This document shows, piece by piece, positions 22,042-31,304 of a stretch of 64,000 bases of DNA. The translations under genes were made by a program, and so were the position numbers. Origin of the DNA: Escherichia phage sutha. The DNA lies in the sequence record PV245934.1; one strand, written 5' to 3'. The notes beneath the pieces are model-generated. The model was not told where the DNA came from and did not search any database. It saw only the letters and a program-made list of their open reading frames with translations. The first letter of the stretch is position 1. The number at the start of each line of letters is the position of its first letter.

Positions 22042-24131
22042 TGAACGAACTTGTAAGGAATGTTTGCAATATCTATGCAAGATGCAATAATTCCAAGAGA
22101 TGATTCTACTTTTTGTTTAACATTTGATGAAACAAATGATGCAAAGTCAACTCTGTCTTCTATTTCAATATCACCTGTCATTGCAACTACTTCACCAGTT
22201 TCCATTAAACGGTCACCGTCATAAATTACTGATTCGGTGAGTTCTTCTGTAGTCATAACTTCAGCTTGAATGAGTTTTGTATTATTAGATATTATTCCGT
22301 CATTATTAGAAGCATCAGTTATTTTATTAACTTTGACCATCAATCCGCGTGGTAGAATAACTTCAGCTTCTGATGCTATTCCGAGACTTCCTGGATATAC
22401 AACATTAACTTTATGAGCTCCATCAATTGCCCATCCTATTTGAACTTTAACGTATTCAGGATTTTCTTTATACGCTCTTATTTCGCTTGGATTAATAGTT
22501 ATTCCTTCTTCATTTTTATCAACTGTTAATTCATTACGAGCTTCTGGTTCTAAAAGACCAATACCAGCATGTGTAATTCCAAAACGTCCAAAAATGATAG
22601 GAGTTAAAGAAGTAGATACAAAATTTCTGAAATAGAACACTTTATTTTTAACTAGTGCTTCGTATATAGGAGCAGTCATGCTTTGAGCACGATAAACTGT
22701 AATGCCTTCTGGTATACGGTCACCATTTTCAAAGGCTGAATCTAAATTATTTATCGCAGATTCAATTTCTTTTTCACTCATTACCTCATATCGTTCTGGA
22801 TTGTAGCGGCCTAAAAGAAGATTATTGATGTCGGTATAACCTGAGCCACAGTATTCTCTGATGCCGCGCTTTTGTGATGGAGTATATTTAGAACCATCAC
22901 GGGCAATAGTAATATCAATCATTGGACCTGCACCAATTCCAGAAAAACTATAAATCATTCGTTTGAGGAATACAGTTTTTGCTGCGTTCCAGCAATTTTT
23001 AGTTATTTCTTCCCAGACTTCATCTGGCTGTCCTTTGCGGGTTTTATTATGTGTATCAAGCCATTTATCTTTATATTCTTCAAAGAATTGATTAACAGCT
23101 GCTGCGTATTTCTCTAAACATTTTATTGAAGTAGTTGGTTCATTTTTGATCGCATTAAGAATTACATCTTTAATTTTTTCAGAAACTTCATCAACCTCAC
23201 TTTTTGAAACGAATTTATAGTAATAGCGAAGTTCATTTACAGTTCCTTCGGCAATAATTTTTGCTGCCTTAGTTTTAGAAGCTAATGAATTAATTCCAAG
23301 CTTCATTTCTTCTGCTTCGGGAATTAAAGGAGCGGTAGCAGGTTTATTGAAATTAGCTGCGGTAGATTCATATTTCTGGAATAATTCACTTTCAAATCTA
23401 GAAGATTCCAATGACTGACTTTGTGCAATTGCTCTACGGGAAATTTTAACTTTAACGATTACAGCTTGGTCAGAACGTTTATCATTTTCTTGCGCAATAG
23501 ATGCAGCAATTGCCTCATTTTTAGTTACTTGAGCTCCGGTATCTTTATTGATATAAACATCACCGACCTTCGATTCAACTTTAGTAAAGAGCTCGGTGCT
23601 AATTTCCGGAACTCCTGGAATGTCTTCTAGTGATACATTTTTGCGATGTATAAGAATATATGCATACTTTTTATCATAATCCCAGAGTTCCTTAAGAAGG
23701 ACGTATCTGCCACCTGAACGACTACGGATAAGTCTATCAGCAATAAGTTGAATTTGACGAGCTTGACCAGCAGTTTTAGACTTAAGAATACGGAGCATAC
23801 AGGCATCAATTTTATACTGACGCATCGTTTGCATTGCAACAGTAAAAACTGAATTGATGTAATTAATTGGGCTTGGACCGAGACCTTTTAATTTAGCAAT
23901 TGAACCTTTAGCAGTTAATGTAAAAGGAACAATATGCATCATTTTATCGCCCATCTTTAAATCACGGTTAGTATCACCTCCAGATGTATAGGTACATAAA
24001 CGAAAGCCTGGTTGTTCAATCGCATCATCAACATGAACTGAAAAAATTTGCGGTATTTTCTTCTTTGGATTCAAGTTTGTAATCGGAAGAGTAGTATCTT
24101 CGTCAAATAATTCTGTAATAAGTTCCATCAT
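22038..24131 (-). CDS. alt: Alt ADP-ribosyltransferase, virion-packaged
   Basis: 697 aa; MELITELFDEDTTLPITNL... as T4 Alt; ART-like segments YRAQSMT and FVSTSL; true start may be the second Met. Confidence 0.9.
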   Translation of the reverse strand: MMELITELFDEDTTLPITNLNPKKKIPQIFSVHVDDAIEQPGFRLCTYTSGGDTNRDLKMGDKMMHIVPFTLTAKGSIAKLKGLGPSPINYINSVFTVAMQTMRQYKIDACMLRILKSKTAGQARQIQLIADRLIRSRSGGRYVLLKELWDYDKKYAYILIHRKNVSLEDIPGVPEISTELFTKVESKVGDVYINKDTGAQVTKNEAIAASIAQENDKRSDQAVIVKVKISRRAIAQSQSLESSRFESELFQKYESTAANFNKPATAPLIPEAEEMKLGINSLASKTKAAKIIAEGTVNELRYYYKFVSKSEVDEVSEKIKDVILNAIKNEPTTSIKCLEKYAAAVNQFFEEYKDKWLDTHNKTRKGQPDEVWEEITKNCWNAAKTVFLKRMIYSFSGIGAGPMIDITIARDGSKYTPSQKRGIREYCGSGYTDINNLLLGRYNPERYEVMSEKEIESAINNLDSAFENGDRIPEGITVYRAQSMTAPIYEALVKNKVFYFRNFVSTSLTPIIFGRFGITHAGIGLLEPEARNELTVDKNEEGITINPSEIRAYKENPEYVKVQIGWAIDGAHKVNVVYPGSLGIASEAEVILPRGLMVKVNKITDASNNDGIISNNTKLIQAEVMTTEELTESVIYDGDRLMETGEVVAMTGDIEIEDRVDFASFVSSNVKQKVESSLGIIASCIDIANIPYKFVQ

Positions 24132-24159
24132 ATCCTCTCTAGTGTTTATTTCTATTTAC

Positions 24160-24167
24160 TATTTATA
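24160..24167 (-). promoter_or_regulatory. late promoter TATAAATA for alt (minus strand)
   Basis: Plus tatttata is minus TATAAATA, ~30 bp upstream of alt ATG. Confidence 0.6.
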
Positions 24168-24171
24168 AATT

Positions 24172-24189
24172 AAAGGCCCGAAGGCCTTT
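24172..24189. terminator. hairpin AAAGGCC-cgaa-GGCCTTT
   Basis: Perfect palindrome with flanking A/T runs. Confidence 0.6.
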
Positions 24190-24376
24190 AATAATCTAGT
24201 GGTAAGAGAGTACGATATATTTCAAACTTCGGACCTTTTTCATAGGCATCAAATGTTTCTGTGAATTTATTATAAGCATATGCATCTATAAATTCAATCA
24301 TAATTTGTGATACAGAAGTAGAAACATCTCCACCTTCTTTTTGAGCAACGACAATTGTTTCTAAGTAAGCTTTCAT
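24188..24376 (-). CDS. hypothetical small protein
   Basis: 62 aa, start overlaps gene 30 stop (ATGA). Confidence 0.6.
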   Translation of the reverse strand: MKAYLETIVVAQKEGGDVSTSVSQIMIEFIDAYAYNKFTETFDAYEKGPKFEIYRTLLPLDY

Positions 24377-25836
24377 AGACCAGTTACCTCATGAAAATCA
24401 CCAAATACATCCTCGAATGTATTAGCTTTAGTTTTATCTTCACGTAAACGAATCGCAATCGGAAGAAATAATTTAACGTAATCAGTGCGGCCATCAGATT
24501 TTAGCCAACCGTTGCATTCGCACTCTAGAATTTTTCCAATATAATAATTTTGGTTTTCCATAATGCGAGTACGGTCAAGTTCATGTGATTTTACACCGGC
24601 TTTATCTTTTAAGCCTGAACCAGCATTTACTTTAATTTTTCCACACTCTGATTCAAGAATAAATCCACCTGCTTTAGTAGGGTCTTTACGGTGAGGATAA
24701 ATTCCTACAATTTTTAAATCAACATCAATTACTTCTTTAAATTTATAGAGATTTTTTGAACGAGCATTTTCCCACAATCCATCGGTATTTTTGAGAATAA
24801 TACCTTCAAGACCTTGGTCAATATACTTTTTATAAATTACCTTAGCTTCATCTAGGTTATTTACTACCTGGTTTTCAATTAAAATTACTTTATCATATCC
24901 TGATGTCATTTGTTCTAGTTTAGAAAAACGTACATCATATTTTAAACGAAACGCCGGAAGACCGTATATTTCTACCAACGGGACATAATCCCAGACCTGA
25001 AACTTCATACATTGAGCTTCTTTTTCGGAAATGGTTCCTTTTAAGGATTTATTGGCGATTCCATTAGAAGCAGTACGAGATTCCGCTACTTCGGCGAATT
25101 CTTTAGCTTTACTAATTTCAGGATAAGCATCAAAAAGAAAATCTAGGCCTTCTGGTTCCTTTTTAATTTGCTCATGGTATACCAATTCGCCATCAATTAA
25201 CACACCTTCTGGATGAATCTGGCGGGCTTCAGCAGTCATTTTGATTAATTCTTCCTTAAGAAGATCTAATCCTAGATATTCATTACCAGCTCGTGATAAA
25301 AGACGAACATCATCTAATTCATCACCTCGGACTTCAGCAAAACACCGAGCTCCATCTGCTTTTAACTGTGCAAAGGCTGGAAACTTAATATTCTTACTAA
25401 TGCCTTTTTCATCATAAGAACTTGCCAGCATTTGAGGTTGTTCAGGAATTAAACCTGGCCAAACTTTATTTGCAATAGATACTGAAGCACCGCATTCAAG
25501 GTCTCGCATCATCACTCGACGCAAAACTTCAACATCATCCTTTTTACCATCGGTGATATATCCAGTCAATTCCTCAATTGCAGCATTTCCGGTCAATTTC
25601 CGAGTAGCTAACGTGAATTCAATGAAGTCAAGCATATCGGTAATGGTCAGCATTCCAAAACTCTGGGTAGCAATACCAGGTTTAGGCCATTTCTTGATAT
25701 AATACTGTAACCCACGAGAATAAGTCAGACGATATACCCGTTTAAGCAATTCATTATCTTTATTCTTTTCAAGAATTGCTTGCTTCTGCTTAGTTGATCC
25801 AATAGATGCTATTTCATTCAGAATTTTAAGAATCAT
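24373..25836 (-). CDS. 30: ATP-dependent DNA ligase gp30
   Basis: 487 aa; MILKILNEIASIGSTKQKQAILEKNKDNELLKRVYRLTYSRGLQYYIKKWPKPG... nearly identical to T4 DNA ligase by recall; ligase KxDG motif (FAQLKADGARCF). Confidence 0.98.
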   Translation of the reverse strand: MILKILNEIASIGSTKQKQAILEKNKDNELLKRVYRLTYSRGLQYYIKKWPKPGIATQSFGMLTITDMLDFIEFTLATRKLTGNAAIEELTGYITDGKKDDVEVLRRVMMRDLECGASVSIANKVWPGLIPEQPQMLASSYDEKGISKNIKFPAFAQLKADGARCFAEVRGDELDDVRLLSRAGNEYLGLDLLKEELIKMTAEARQIHPEGVLIDGELVYHEQIKKEPEGLDFLFDAYPEISKAKEFAEVAESRTASNGIANKSLKGTISEKEAQCMKFQVWDYVPLVEIYGLPAFRLKYDVRFSKLEQMTSGYDKVILIENQVVNNLDEAKVIYKKYIDQGLEGIILKNTDGLWENARSKNLYKFKEVIDVDLKIVGIYPHRKDPTKAGGFILESECGKIKVNAGSGLKDKAGVKSHELDRTRIMENQNYYIGKILECECNGWLKSDGRTDYVKLFLPIAIRLREDKTKANTFEDVFGDFHEVTGL

Positions 25837-26102
25837 TGCTCATCCTTCAAAGTTTGGTTTACAGCTCTATTATAAATCAATTCATCATTAAGCTCAGGCA
25901 AAGACTTATGATATGTAGTTCTAACTTTATTTCCTTGCATCCAGTGCTTGACGTAAATGAAACCTTGCTCTACACATTTTTTAAAAATTCGTTCGTCTTT
26001 TTGAGCTCGGAATTCTGGATTGCATCTAAAAAATTGATTTACGTGACCGTAATCACGTGTAGTATTACCTTCATTTTCATAAATAGTGTGAACGACAAAC
26101 AT
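25833..26102 (-). CDS. hypothetical protein (30.1 position)
   Basis: 89 aa, start overlaps the next ORF's stop and stop overlaps gene 30 start. Confidence 0.65.
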   Translation of the reverse strand: MFVVHTIYENEGNTTRDYGHVNQFFRCNPEFRAQKDERIFKKCVEQGFIYVKHWMQGNKVRTTYHKSLPELNDELIYNRAVNQTLKDEQ

Positions 26103-26965
26103 TAGAATGCTCCTTGGAAAATATTATCACCACTAGTAAATCTATTAAAATACCCTGCATCACCAGGCTTAGTATAACTCCACGTATGGAATGGATTCAT
26201 ATGATACGGGTGTGTATAATATGGATTATATGGATGTGTATAATATGGATTATACGGATTAAATCCAGGAGTTCTCCAGGTAGTGTTCCAACGAAAAGAA
26301 TCGTTTTTAACCATCTTCTCAATTACATCTTTTATAGCTTTTTCACTATCAAAACTTTTTTTATTTTCCTTCGGCGAAAAAAGCTTATTTTCTACATCAT
26401 TCCATGTATAAACTCGCTGAGCGGTTTTTGGAATATTGTCACGCTCTCCTCGCGCCATCCAATAAACAGGAACATTTAATATTTCACTCGCATGGTCGCA
26501 GTGGTGAGCGAGATCGTCAATATAACAAATTACGTTATATTTCTCTTTTGCCTTTTTGAATAACTCTTCTTTTGAAGAATCATGACCACACATCATTACT
26601 TCTGAGAAGGCACCAGGAAAAAGAGCATTTAAATTAAATTGACGATTCAACAGAGCGTCAATAGAATCACCCAATGCTGTAACAGCTACAAAATTATAAT
26701 CTTCTTTTAATTTGTTAATTACACACAGGGCATCTTTATACGGAGACAAGTAACGAATAAAATCTGAACGATTGTATTTTTCAATTAACTTGACGCCAAG
26801 TTCTTCATCACAATTAAAGAGTTTACCCGGAGAAATAAATTTCTCATCTTGGATCATTTTTAAAATATGTTCTAACGGAAGATTATATTTCTGAGCAAAA
26901 TAAGGAAGGCCTGATTGCCAGCTTAAACATACTCCATCAATATCAGTCAAAATAGTAGGCTTCAT
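26102..26965 (-). CDS. HAD-superfamily-like hydrolase with C-terminal PYNPYYTH tandem repeat (30.2 position)
   Basis: 287 aa; N-term MKPTILTDIDGVCL has HAD motif I DxDGV; C-term NPYNPYYTHPYNPYYTHPYHMNPFHTW encoded by a tandem 24-bp repeat at 26211-26257. Confidence 0.7.
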   Translation of the reverse strand: MKPTILTDIDGVCLSWQSGLPYFAQKYNLPLEHILKMIQDEKFISPGKLFNCDEELGVKLIEKYNRSDFIRYLSPYKDALCVINKLKEDYNFVAVTALGDSIDALLNRQFNLNALFPGAFSEVMMCGHDSSKEELFKKAKEKYNVICYIDDLAHHCDHASEILNVPVYWMARGERDNIPKTAQRVYTWNDVENKLFSPKENKKSFDSEKAIKDVIEKMVKNDSFRWNTTWRTPGFNPYNPYYTHPYNPYYTHPYHMNPFHTWSYTKPGDAGYFNRFTSGDNIFQGAF

Positions 26966-27426
26966 AGAGAGTCTCTTAATAGATTTAACATATCAATAAA
27001 TTCAGCTTCGGTTAGTATTGTATCATCTTTTGTTAGACCACTAGCCATGCTGTGCTTCAAAACTTTTCCTTTCGAGGCTTGTAATGCATCGCGAAAGCCC
27101 TTGTTTTGGAACGCTGCTTCAAAATATGCATTTGTGTATAATTCTTTCCACGCCGGAGAGTATCTTGAAAACGGAACTCCAAGCCAGAAGAGGGTCCCAC
27201 GGTCCTGAGCTCTAGCATAAGACCTTCCAGCTTGTTGGGCGGCAAGCCCGGATAACCCAAATATACGACGTTGCTGTTCAACATTTTTCACCTTACATCC
27301 TTGGAGGAATCCTTCGAGACCTCCAAATTGGATACCATCCATAACAAAAGGCCATTGGGCGAAATTACTTAATGCACATGATGGCCATCTAAAATTGCTT
27401 CTTATCTCTAACTCAGACATTTTCAA
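26962..27426 (-). CDS. NADAR / YbiA-like (DUF1768) protein (30.3 position)
   Basis: 154 aa; LSNFAQWPFVMDGIQFGGLEGFLQGCKV aligns with E. coli YbiA FSNFAAWPIKVDGKTWPTSEHYFQAQKF as recalled. Confidence 0.65.
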   Translation of the reverse strand: MKMSELEIRSNFRWPSCALSNFAQWPFVMDGIQFGGLEGFLQGCKVKNVEQQRRIFGLSGLAAQQAGRSYARAQDRGTLFWLGVPFSRYSPAWKELYTNAYFEAAFQNKGFRDALQASKGKVLKHSMASGLTKDDTILTEAEFIDMLNLLRDSL

Positions 27427-27619
27427 TACTTATAATTTCAACATCAGCCCAATGACCATAGCAAGGAAGACGAAATTCAACTGGCCAGTTAGGGTCCTTT
27501 TCTAATATAATAGACTGAACTTGTGGCTCTTCATGTTCATCGGTATACGGACCTTTATACGTTACTTTATATGTAACCTTAATGTACTGAATTCCAAAAA
27601 TCTTATTAATTATATTCAT
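27413..27619 (-). CDS. hypothetical small early protein
   Basis: 68 aa, overlapping start/stop with neighbours. Confidence 0.55.
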   Translation of the reverse strand: MNIINKIFGIQYIKVTYKVTYKGPYTDEHEEPQVQSIILEKDPNWPVEFRLPCYGHWADVEIISIENV

Positions 27620-27813
27620 ATTAATTCCTTTAATCCATAGATAGGAGATAATTCATCACCCATACGAAGGTCTTCATTTCCATCTACCCAGGAAACAATA
27701 TAAGCCTCTTTTATTTGAATACCACTCCATTTAAATGGAGGTAGAACCTTAGAAATTAATCCAGGTATACCAACTCCCTTTAATTCAACAGTTTGACCCA
27801 AAAAGAATTTCAT
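27616..27813 (-). CDS. hypothetical small early protein
   Basis: 65 aa, ATGA-type coupling with neighbours. Confidence 0.55.
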   Translation of the reverse strand: MKFFLGQTVELKGVGIPGLISKVLPPFKWSGIQIKEAYIVSWVDGNEDLRMGDELSPIYGLKELI

Positions 27814-28100
27814 TAGAACCTCATCTGAAAACCATGCGATTTAACATTACCGCCGCCAATATCAGAAATGTTAATTTCACGCGCAATTGAAGGGTCAATG
27901 TCAATTTCACGATTAAGTTTAGTGATAGCTAAAGTATCGCGGCCATTTACAGTACGGAACTCTAAAGGGCAGACTACATTAACATAGTTTTTAATCGATT
28001 CACTAGTAGGCTGCAAATGAGCAGGAAGGTCTTTAGGTGCCTTAGAAAAAACCACTTCACAGAAATTTTTGCGGGTATCAAAATAAGTAGTCATAAACAT
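27813..28100 (-). CDS. hypothetical early protein
   Basis: 95 aa ORF. Confidence 0.6.
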   Translation of the reverse strand: MFMTTYFDTRKNFCEVVFSKAPKDLPAHLQPTSESIKNYVNVVCPLEFRTVNGRDTLAITKLNREIDIDPSIAREINISDIGGGNVKSHGFQMRF

Positions 28101-28117
28101 AGTAATTTCCTCAGTAA

Positions 28118-28131
28118 GGGGCCGAAGCCCC
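28118..28131. terminator. hairpin GGGGC-cgaa-GCCCC
   Basis: Perfect GC stem with tetraloop followed by T-rich tract. Confidence 0.6.
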
Positions 28132-28141
28132 TCATTTTATT

Positions 28142-28507
28142 TTAAATATCAAATTCGTTAAGAACTACATCAAAGATTGCTTCAAGATGCTCAGGTTTAG
28201 CTCTGTTACTCAGAATATGACGAATCCAAGTTTTAACCAGAAGCTTGCGATTAACGCCATTCCAGCAAGGATGAGTCCCTAAATCGCGTTGACGAAAATC
28301 ATCATCTAATGCGATTTTAAAAGAAGAACCTTCTTTCGTGATTGAAACCGTAATGCCATTTTCAAATCGCATATAAACGTAGTTAGGAGTCATATACTGT
28401 TCAATTTCGCATACTGATCCATTTTGATGTTTCCAAAGGCAGATAGTATCAATAGAACCTGCAATACCGTTAGAAACATATTTACGTTCAAAGTTGATGT
28501 AATTCAT
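28142..28507 (-). CDS. hypothetical early protein
   Basis: 121 aa ORF. Confidence 0.6.
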   Translation of the reverse strand: MNYINFERKYVSNGIAGSIDTICLWKHQNGSVCEIEQYMTPNYVYMRFENGITVSITKEGSSFKIALDDDFRQRDLGTHPCWNGVNRKLLVKTWIRHILSNRAKPEHLEAIFDVVLNEFDI

Positions 28508-28575
28508 TTTTATTCTCCGAGATGTTTAATTGCGGTACAGGTATATAATATCATATCCTGTACCAAAGTAAACAA

Positions 28576-28908
28576 TTATTTTACTACTTTCCAGTGCTGC
28601 ATGTCAAGTTTACCAACTTTTTTCATCTTCTCAATTAAGCGTTCGGCACGTTGGCGAGCTGTAACATAATGCCATTCACCCAATTCATTTTGTTCAATTT
28701 TTCCAACGATTACTGTATTCAATTCATAAATCCAACCAGTAAAGAAATTATGAACTTGGATTGTAAAGGTGAAATCTGTTCCCATACCTTCTGTTGTTTC
28801 TACTTCAATAATATCACCTTCAACTGCCATTAAGAACCACATAGTTTCATCATATTTACCATTGAAGCATTTAGTTTTAACTGTGGCGTTCAGATTAATC
28901 GTTTTCAT
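28576..28908 (-). CDS. hypothetical early protein
   Basis: 110 aa ORF preceded by an early promoter. Confidence 0.6.
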   Translation of the reverse strand: MKTINLNATVKTKCFNGKYDETMWFLMAVEGDIIEVETTEGMGTDFTFTIQVHNFFTGWIYELNTVIVGKIEQNELGEWHYVTARQRAERLIEKMKKVGKLDMQHWKVVK

Positions 28909-28930
28909 TTTATTCTCCTTTGTTTGTGTA

Positions 28931-28965
28931 AGATAATACTATCACAAAGGAACTATACTGTAAAC
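28931..28965 (-). promoter_or_regulatory. early promoter (GTTTAC -35)
   Basis: Minus GTTTAC-AGTATAGTTCCTTTGTGA-TAGTATTAT upstream of the 110-aa ORF. Confidence 0.5.
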
Positions 28966-28995
28966 AACTTTATGCAATCTTTGGAAAATAAAAAA

Positions 28996-29013
28996 GGACT
29001 CCCGAAGGAGTCC
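28996..29013. terminator. hairpin GGACTCC-cgaa-GGAGTCC
   Basis: Perfect 7-bp stem with tetraloop and flanking A/T runs. Confidence 0.65.
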
Positions 29014-29018
29014 TCAAC

Positions 29019-29237
29019 TTATGCTTTCTGCTTACCAAAACGAGAAGCATCATCTCGAAGAACCGCACGTGCTCGGCGCATGATCTTCTCAACAGTTTGA
29101 TTGATACGAGAGTTCGACCCACGCTTGTAACCAGCGCGTTTAGAATCACCAACTTTCTTTTCAACTGCTTTCTTTGCTTTAACTTGTTTTGCCATTATAA
29201 ATTCTCTTTTAAATGAAAATGCAGGACTTATTGGCAT
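29019..29237 (-). CDS. small basic protein (30.9 position); start may be the internal Met at 29195
   Basis: K/R-rich 58-72 aa ORF MAKQVKAKKAVEKKVGDSKRAGYKRG... Confidence 0.55.
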   Translation of the reverse strand: MPISPAFSFKREFIMAKQVKAKKAVEKKVGDSKRAGYKRGSNSRINQTVEKIMRRARAVLRDDASRFGKQKA

Positions 29238-29389
29238 TGCCTGCGCAAGCCCTCAAGGGGAACATAGGTTTTGAGTATTTACCGACAGGATAACCATAAA
29301 CCTCGTCAACATTCAAGAGGTACACCGTAAAACAAAGTTCGACGGCTCCTCGATTTTAGCTCACACTAAGGCAGTGAATCTCCAATAAA

Positions 29390-29638
29390 TTACTTCAGTG
29401 TTACCACAAAGTGACGAACTGCTTTTCGTGCGGCAGAAGCCAGAGGCTTAGCATATTTAAGTTCATCTTTTTCCTGAAGCTCAGCAGCTAATGCAGTTTG
29501 AGCAGGATTCAGATGTTTGAAATAACGCAGGATTTCAAGAGCTTCGGCTTCAACATCAATAGATGCGCCATAGTTTTCGTGACCATTATTCCATGCGTTT
29601 CGTTGCAGTTCAAGAGCGTGTTGTAATTGTTTAATCAT
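29390..29638 (-). CDS. rIII: RIII lysis-inhibition accessory protein
   Basis: 82 aa; MIKQLQHALELQRNAWNNGHENYGASIDVEAEALEILRYF matches T4 rIII by recall. Confidence 0.92.
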   Translation of the reverse strand: MIKQLQHALELQRNAWNNGHENYGASIDVEAEALEILRYFKHLNPAQTALAAELQEKDELKYAKPLASAARKAVRHFVVTLK

Positions 29639-29785
29639 TTAAAAATTCTCGTTAGAGATTAAAACTCGGTAGTCACGTTCTTCTGAATTTCATCTTCTTT
29701 CGACAGATCTCTCAGTTGTAGACTACCACATAGAATTGTTCGGTTAACTTATTATTCCGATACCCAATTCATATTATTATTTATA

Positions 29786-30121
29786 TCACTTATAAAGACA
29801 CGGAATAGCTTTATAGTGACAGGTAACAAATTTTTGTTTAATTTCTTTTGGCTGCTTAAGACCTAGAGCTACAAAAGGATGCGGAACGTTTCGAATTTGA
29901 CCAACTGGAAGAGAAGTCAAATCACCAACTTCGCAGAAACCTTCAGGAACATCAGGACCAACAGAGTGAACTACACACAGTTCAGGAACTTCACCTTGAA
30001 CACGTTTACCGATAATAAGTCCTGATTCTGTAACTTCTTCATCACCGGCTTGTGCAGGTTCAGAAACTAAAATAACATATTCACCGACAGCACGAATTGG
30101 TAGCTGTTGTACTTCAGACAT
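29786..30121 (-). CDS. 31: co-chaperonin gp31 (GroES-like)
   Basis: 111 aa; [38 protein letters not shown] matches T4 gp31 by recall. Confidence 0.95.
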
Positions 30122-30177
30122 CGTTTTTCCTTTTTGTTAACAGATGAATTAATAATAACAAATAATTCTTAAAGCAT

Positions 30178-30486
30178 TTATTTACCAATAAATTGAAGCA
30201 AATGCTCAACTTTCATGCCATTAACTGAAATCAATTTGTCAATAGAAAAACCTCGCCATGCACCAAGCTCAACATCAAATACTGGAATCATATCAGTAGA
30301 TTCTTTCCGAGTAGATTCAGTCAATTTACCGGTTTGCATAGTTGGCATAAAGTCAGCATCACGAGTGCCTTTCATAGTACGAATAGTACCATCAGACTTT
30401 TCAAAAACCACGTTTGAAATACCCATGGACAATTTAGTTTTCAAAATTTCACGAATTGCTACTTTCTGTTCAGTTGTCAATTTCAT
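30178..30486 (-). CDS. hypothetical protein (31.1 position)
   Basis: 102 aa ORF. Confidence 0.65.
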   Translation of the reverse strand: MKLTTEQKVAIREILKTKLSMGISNVVFEKSDGTIRTMKGTRDADFMPTMQTGKLTESTRKESTDMIPVFDVELGAWRGFSIDKLISVNGMKVEHLLQFIGK

Positions 30487-30723
30487 TTATTTACCTATTA
30501 CAGTTTTAATATGGGTTGTTCCACGTTCTTTAAGAGTGGAAAGCAACTTTTGGCATTTTTCTAAATCAGATTTCCAACTATACGGTCTATCAATACAAAC
30601 CCATTCTGACTTATAATACTGCTTCCATTTAGAGAAAAAATACTTCTTATACTCTACAGCAAATGAAATGTTCTCGTTAGAATAAGAACTAATTGCTGTG
30701 AGCTGTACCAAACGAAATTTCAT
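30487..30723 (-). CDS. hypothetical protein (31.2 position)
   Basis: 78 aa ORF, start overlaps cd stop. Confidence 0.6.
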   Translation of the reverse strand: MKFRLVQLTAISSYSNENISFAVEYKKYFFSKWKQYYKSEWVCIDRPYSWKSDLEKCQKLLSTLKERGTTHIKTVIGK

Positions 30724-31304
30724 TATTCACCACAGAATTCGTTGATATTTTCCCAATTTAACTTATTCAAGTTTTTCTTAGGAACATTAAACACTTCAAT
30801 ACCTGCATTTCGCAGAATATCATCCCAGCCAGGCTTATTTTTATCGTATGTTTCGCAATAAACCAGCTTTTTAATTCCAGATTGAGCTATGGCTTTTGCA
30901 CAATCCGGACAAGGAGAAAGTGTTACATACATAGTAGCACCTTCAATTGAAGAACCATTTCGTGCAGCAAACAAAATCGCATTTAGTTCAGCATGAATTT
31001 CATTTTTAGACGACCACTCAGAGTGAGCGCTACGGTGTTCTTTCGCCAAGACAAAACGATCAGTTGAACCAAACGATACGCATTCAGGCTTATGACCTTG
31101 AATGATAGTATGTTTAGGCTTATTCAGCAACCAGCCTTGTTCAGCAGCATAATCACAGCAATTCACACCGCCTGCAGGTGAACCATTATATCCGGTAGAA
31201 ATAATACGTCCATTCTTTTCAATTACTGCTCCTACCTTCCAGGAGCAACATTTTGATTCTTGTGATACTAAATATGCAATTTGAAGTACTGTACTCGCTT
31301 TCAT
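30723..31304 (-). CDS. cd: dCMP deaminase
   Basis: 193 aa; zinc-dependent deaminase motifs HAELNAI and PCPDC; T4 Cd size. Confidence 0.93.
   Translation of the reverse strand: MKASTVLQIAYLVSQESKCCSWKVGAVIEKNGRIISTGYNGSPAGGVNCCDYAAEQGWLLNKPKHTIIQGHKPECVSFGSTDRFVLAKEHRSAHSEWSSKNEIHAELNAILFAARNGSSIEGATMYVTLSPCPDCAKAIAQSGIKKLVYCETYDKNKPGWDDILRNAGIEVFNVPKKNLNKLNWENINEFCGE

Noticed and set aside
28970-29164. 64-aa minus-strand ORF overlapping the basic 30.9-like ORF in another frame
   Set aside because: Overlaps a better-supported ORF almost entirely; no independent start signal
29238-29389. ~150-bp ORF-free interval downstream of rIII considered as a possible small RNA gene
   Set aside because: No convincing stable stem-loop or conserved RNA motif on inspection; more likely terminator/promoter spacer. 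A covariance-model search would be needed to revisit
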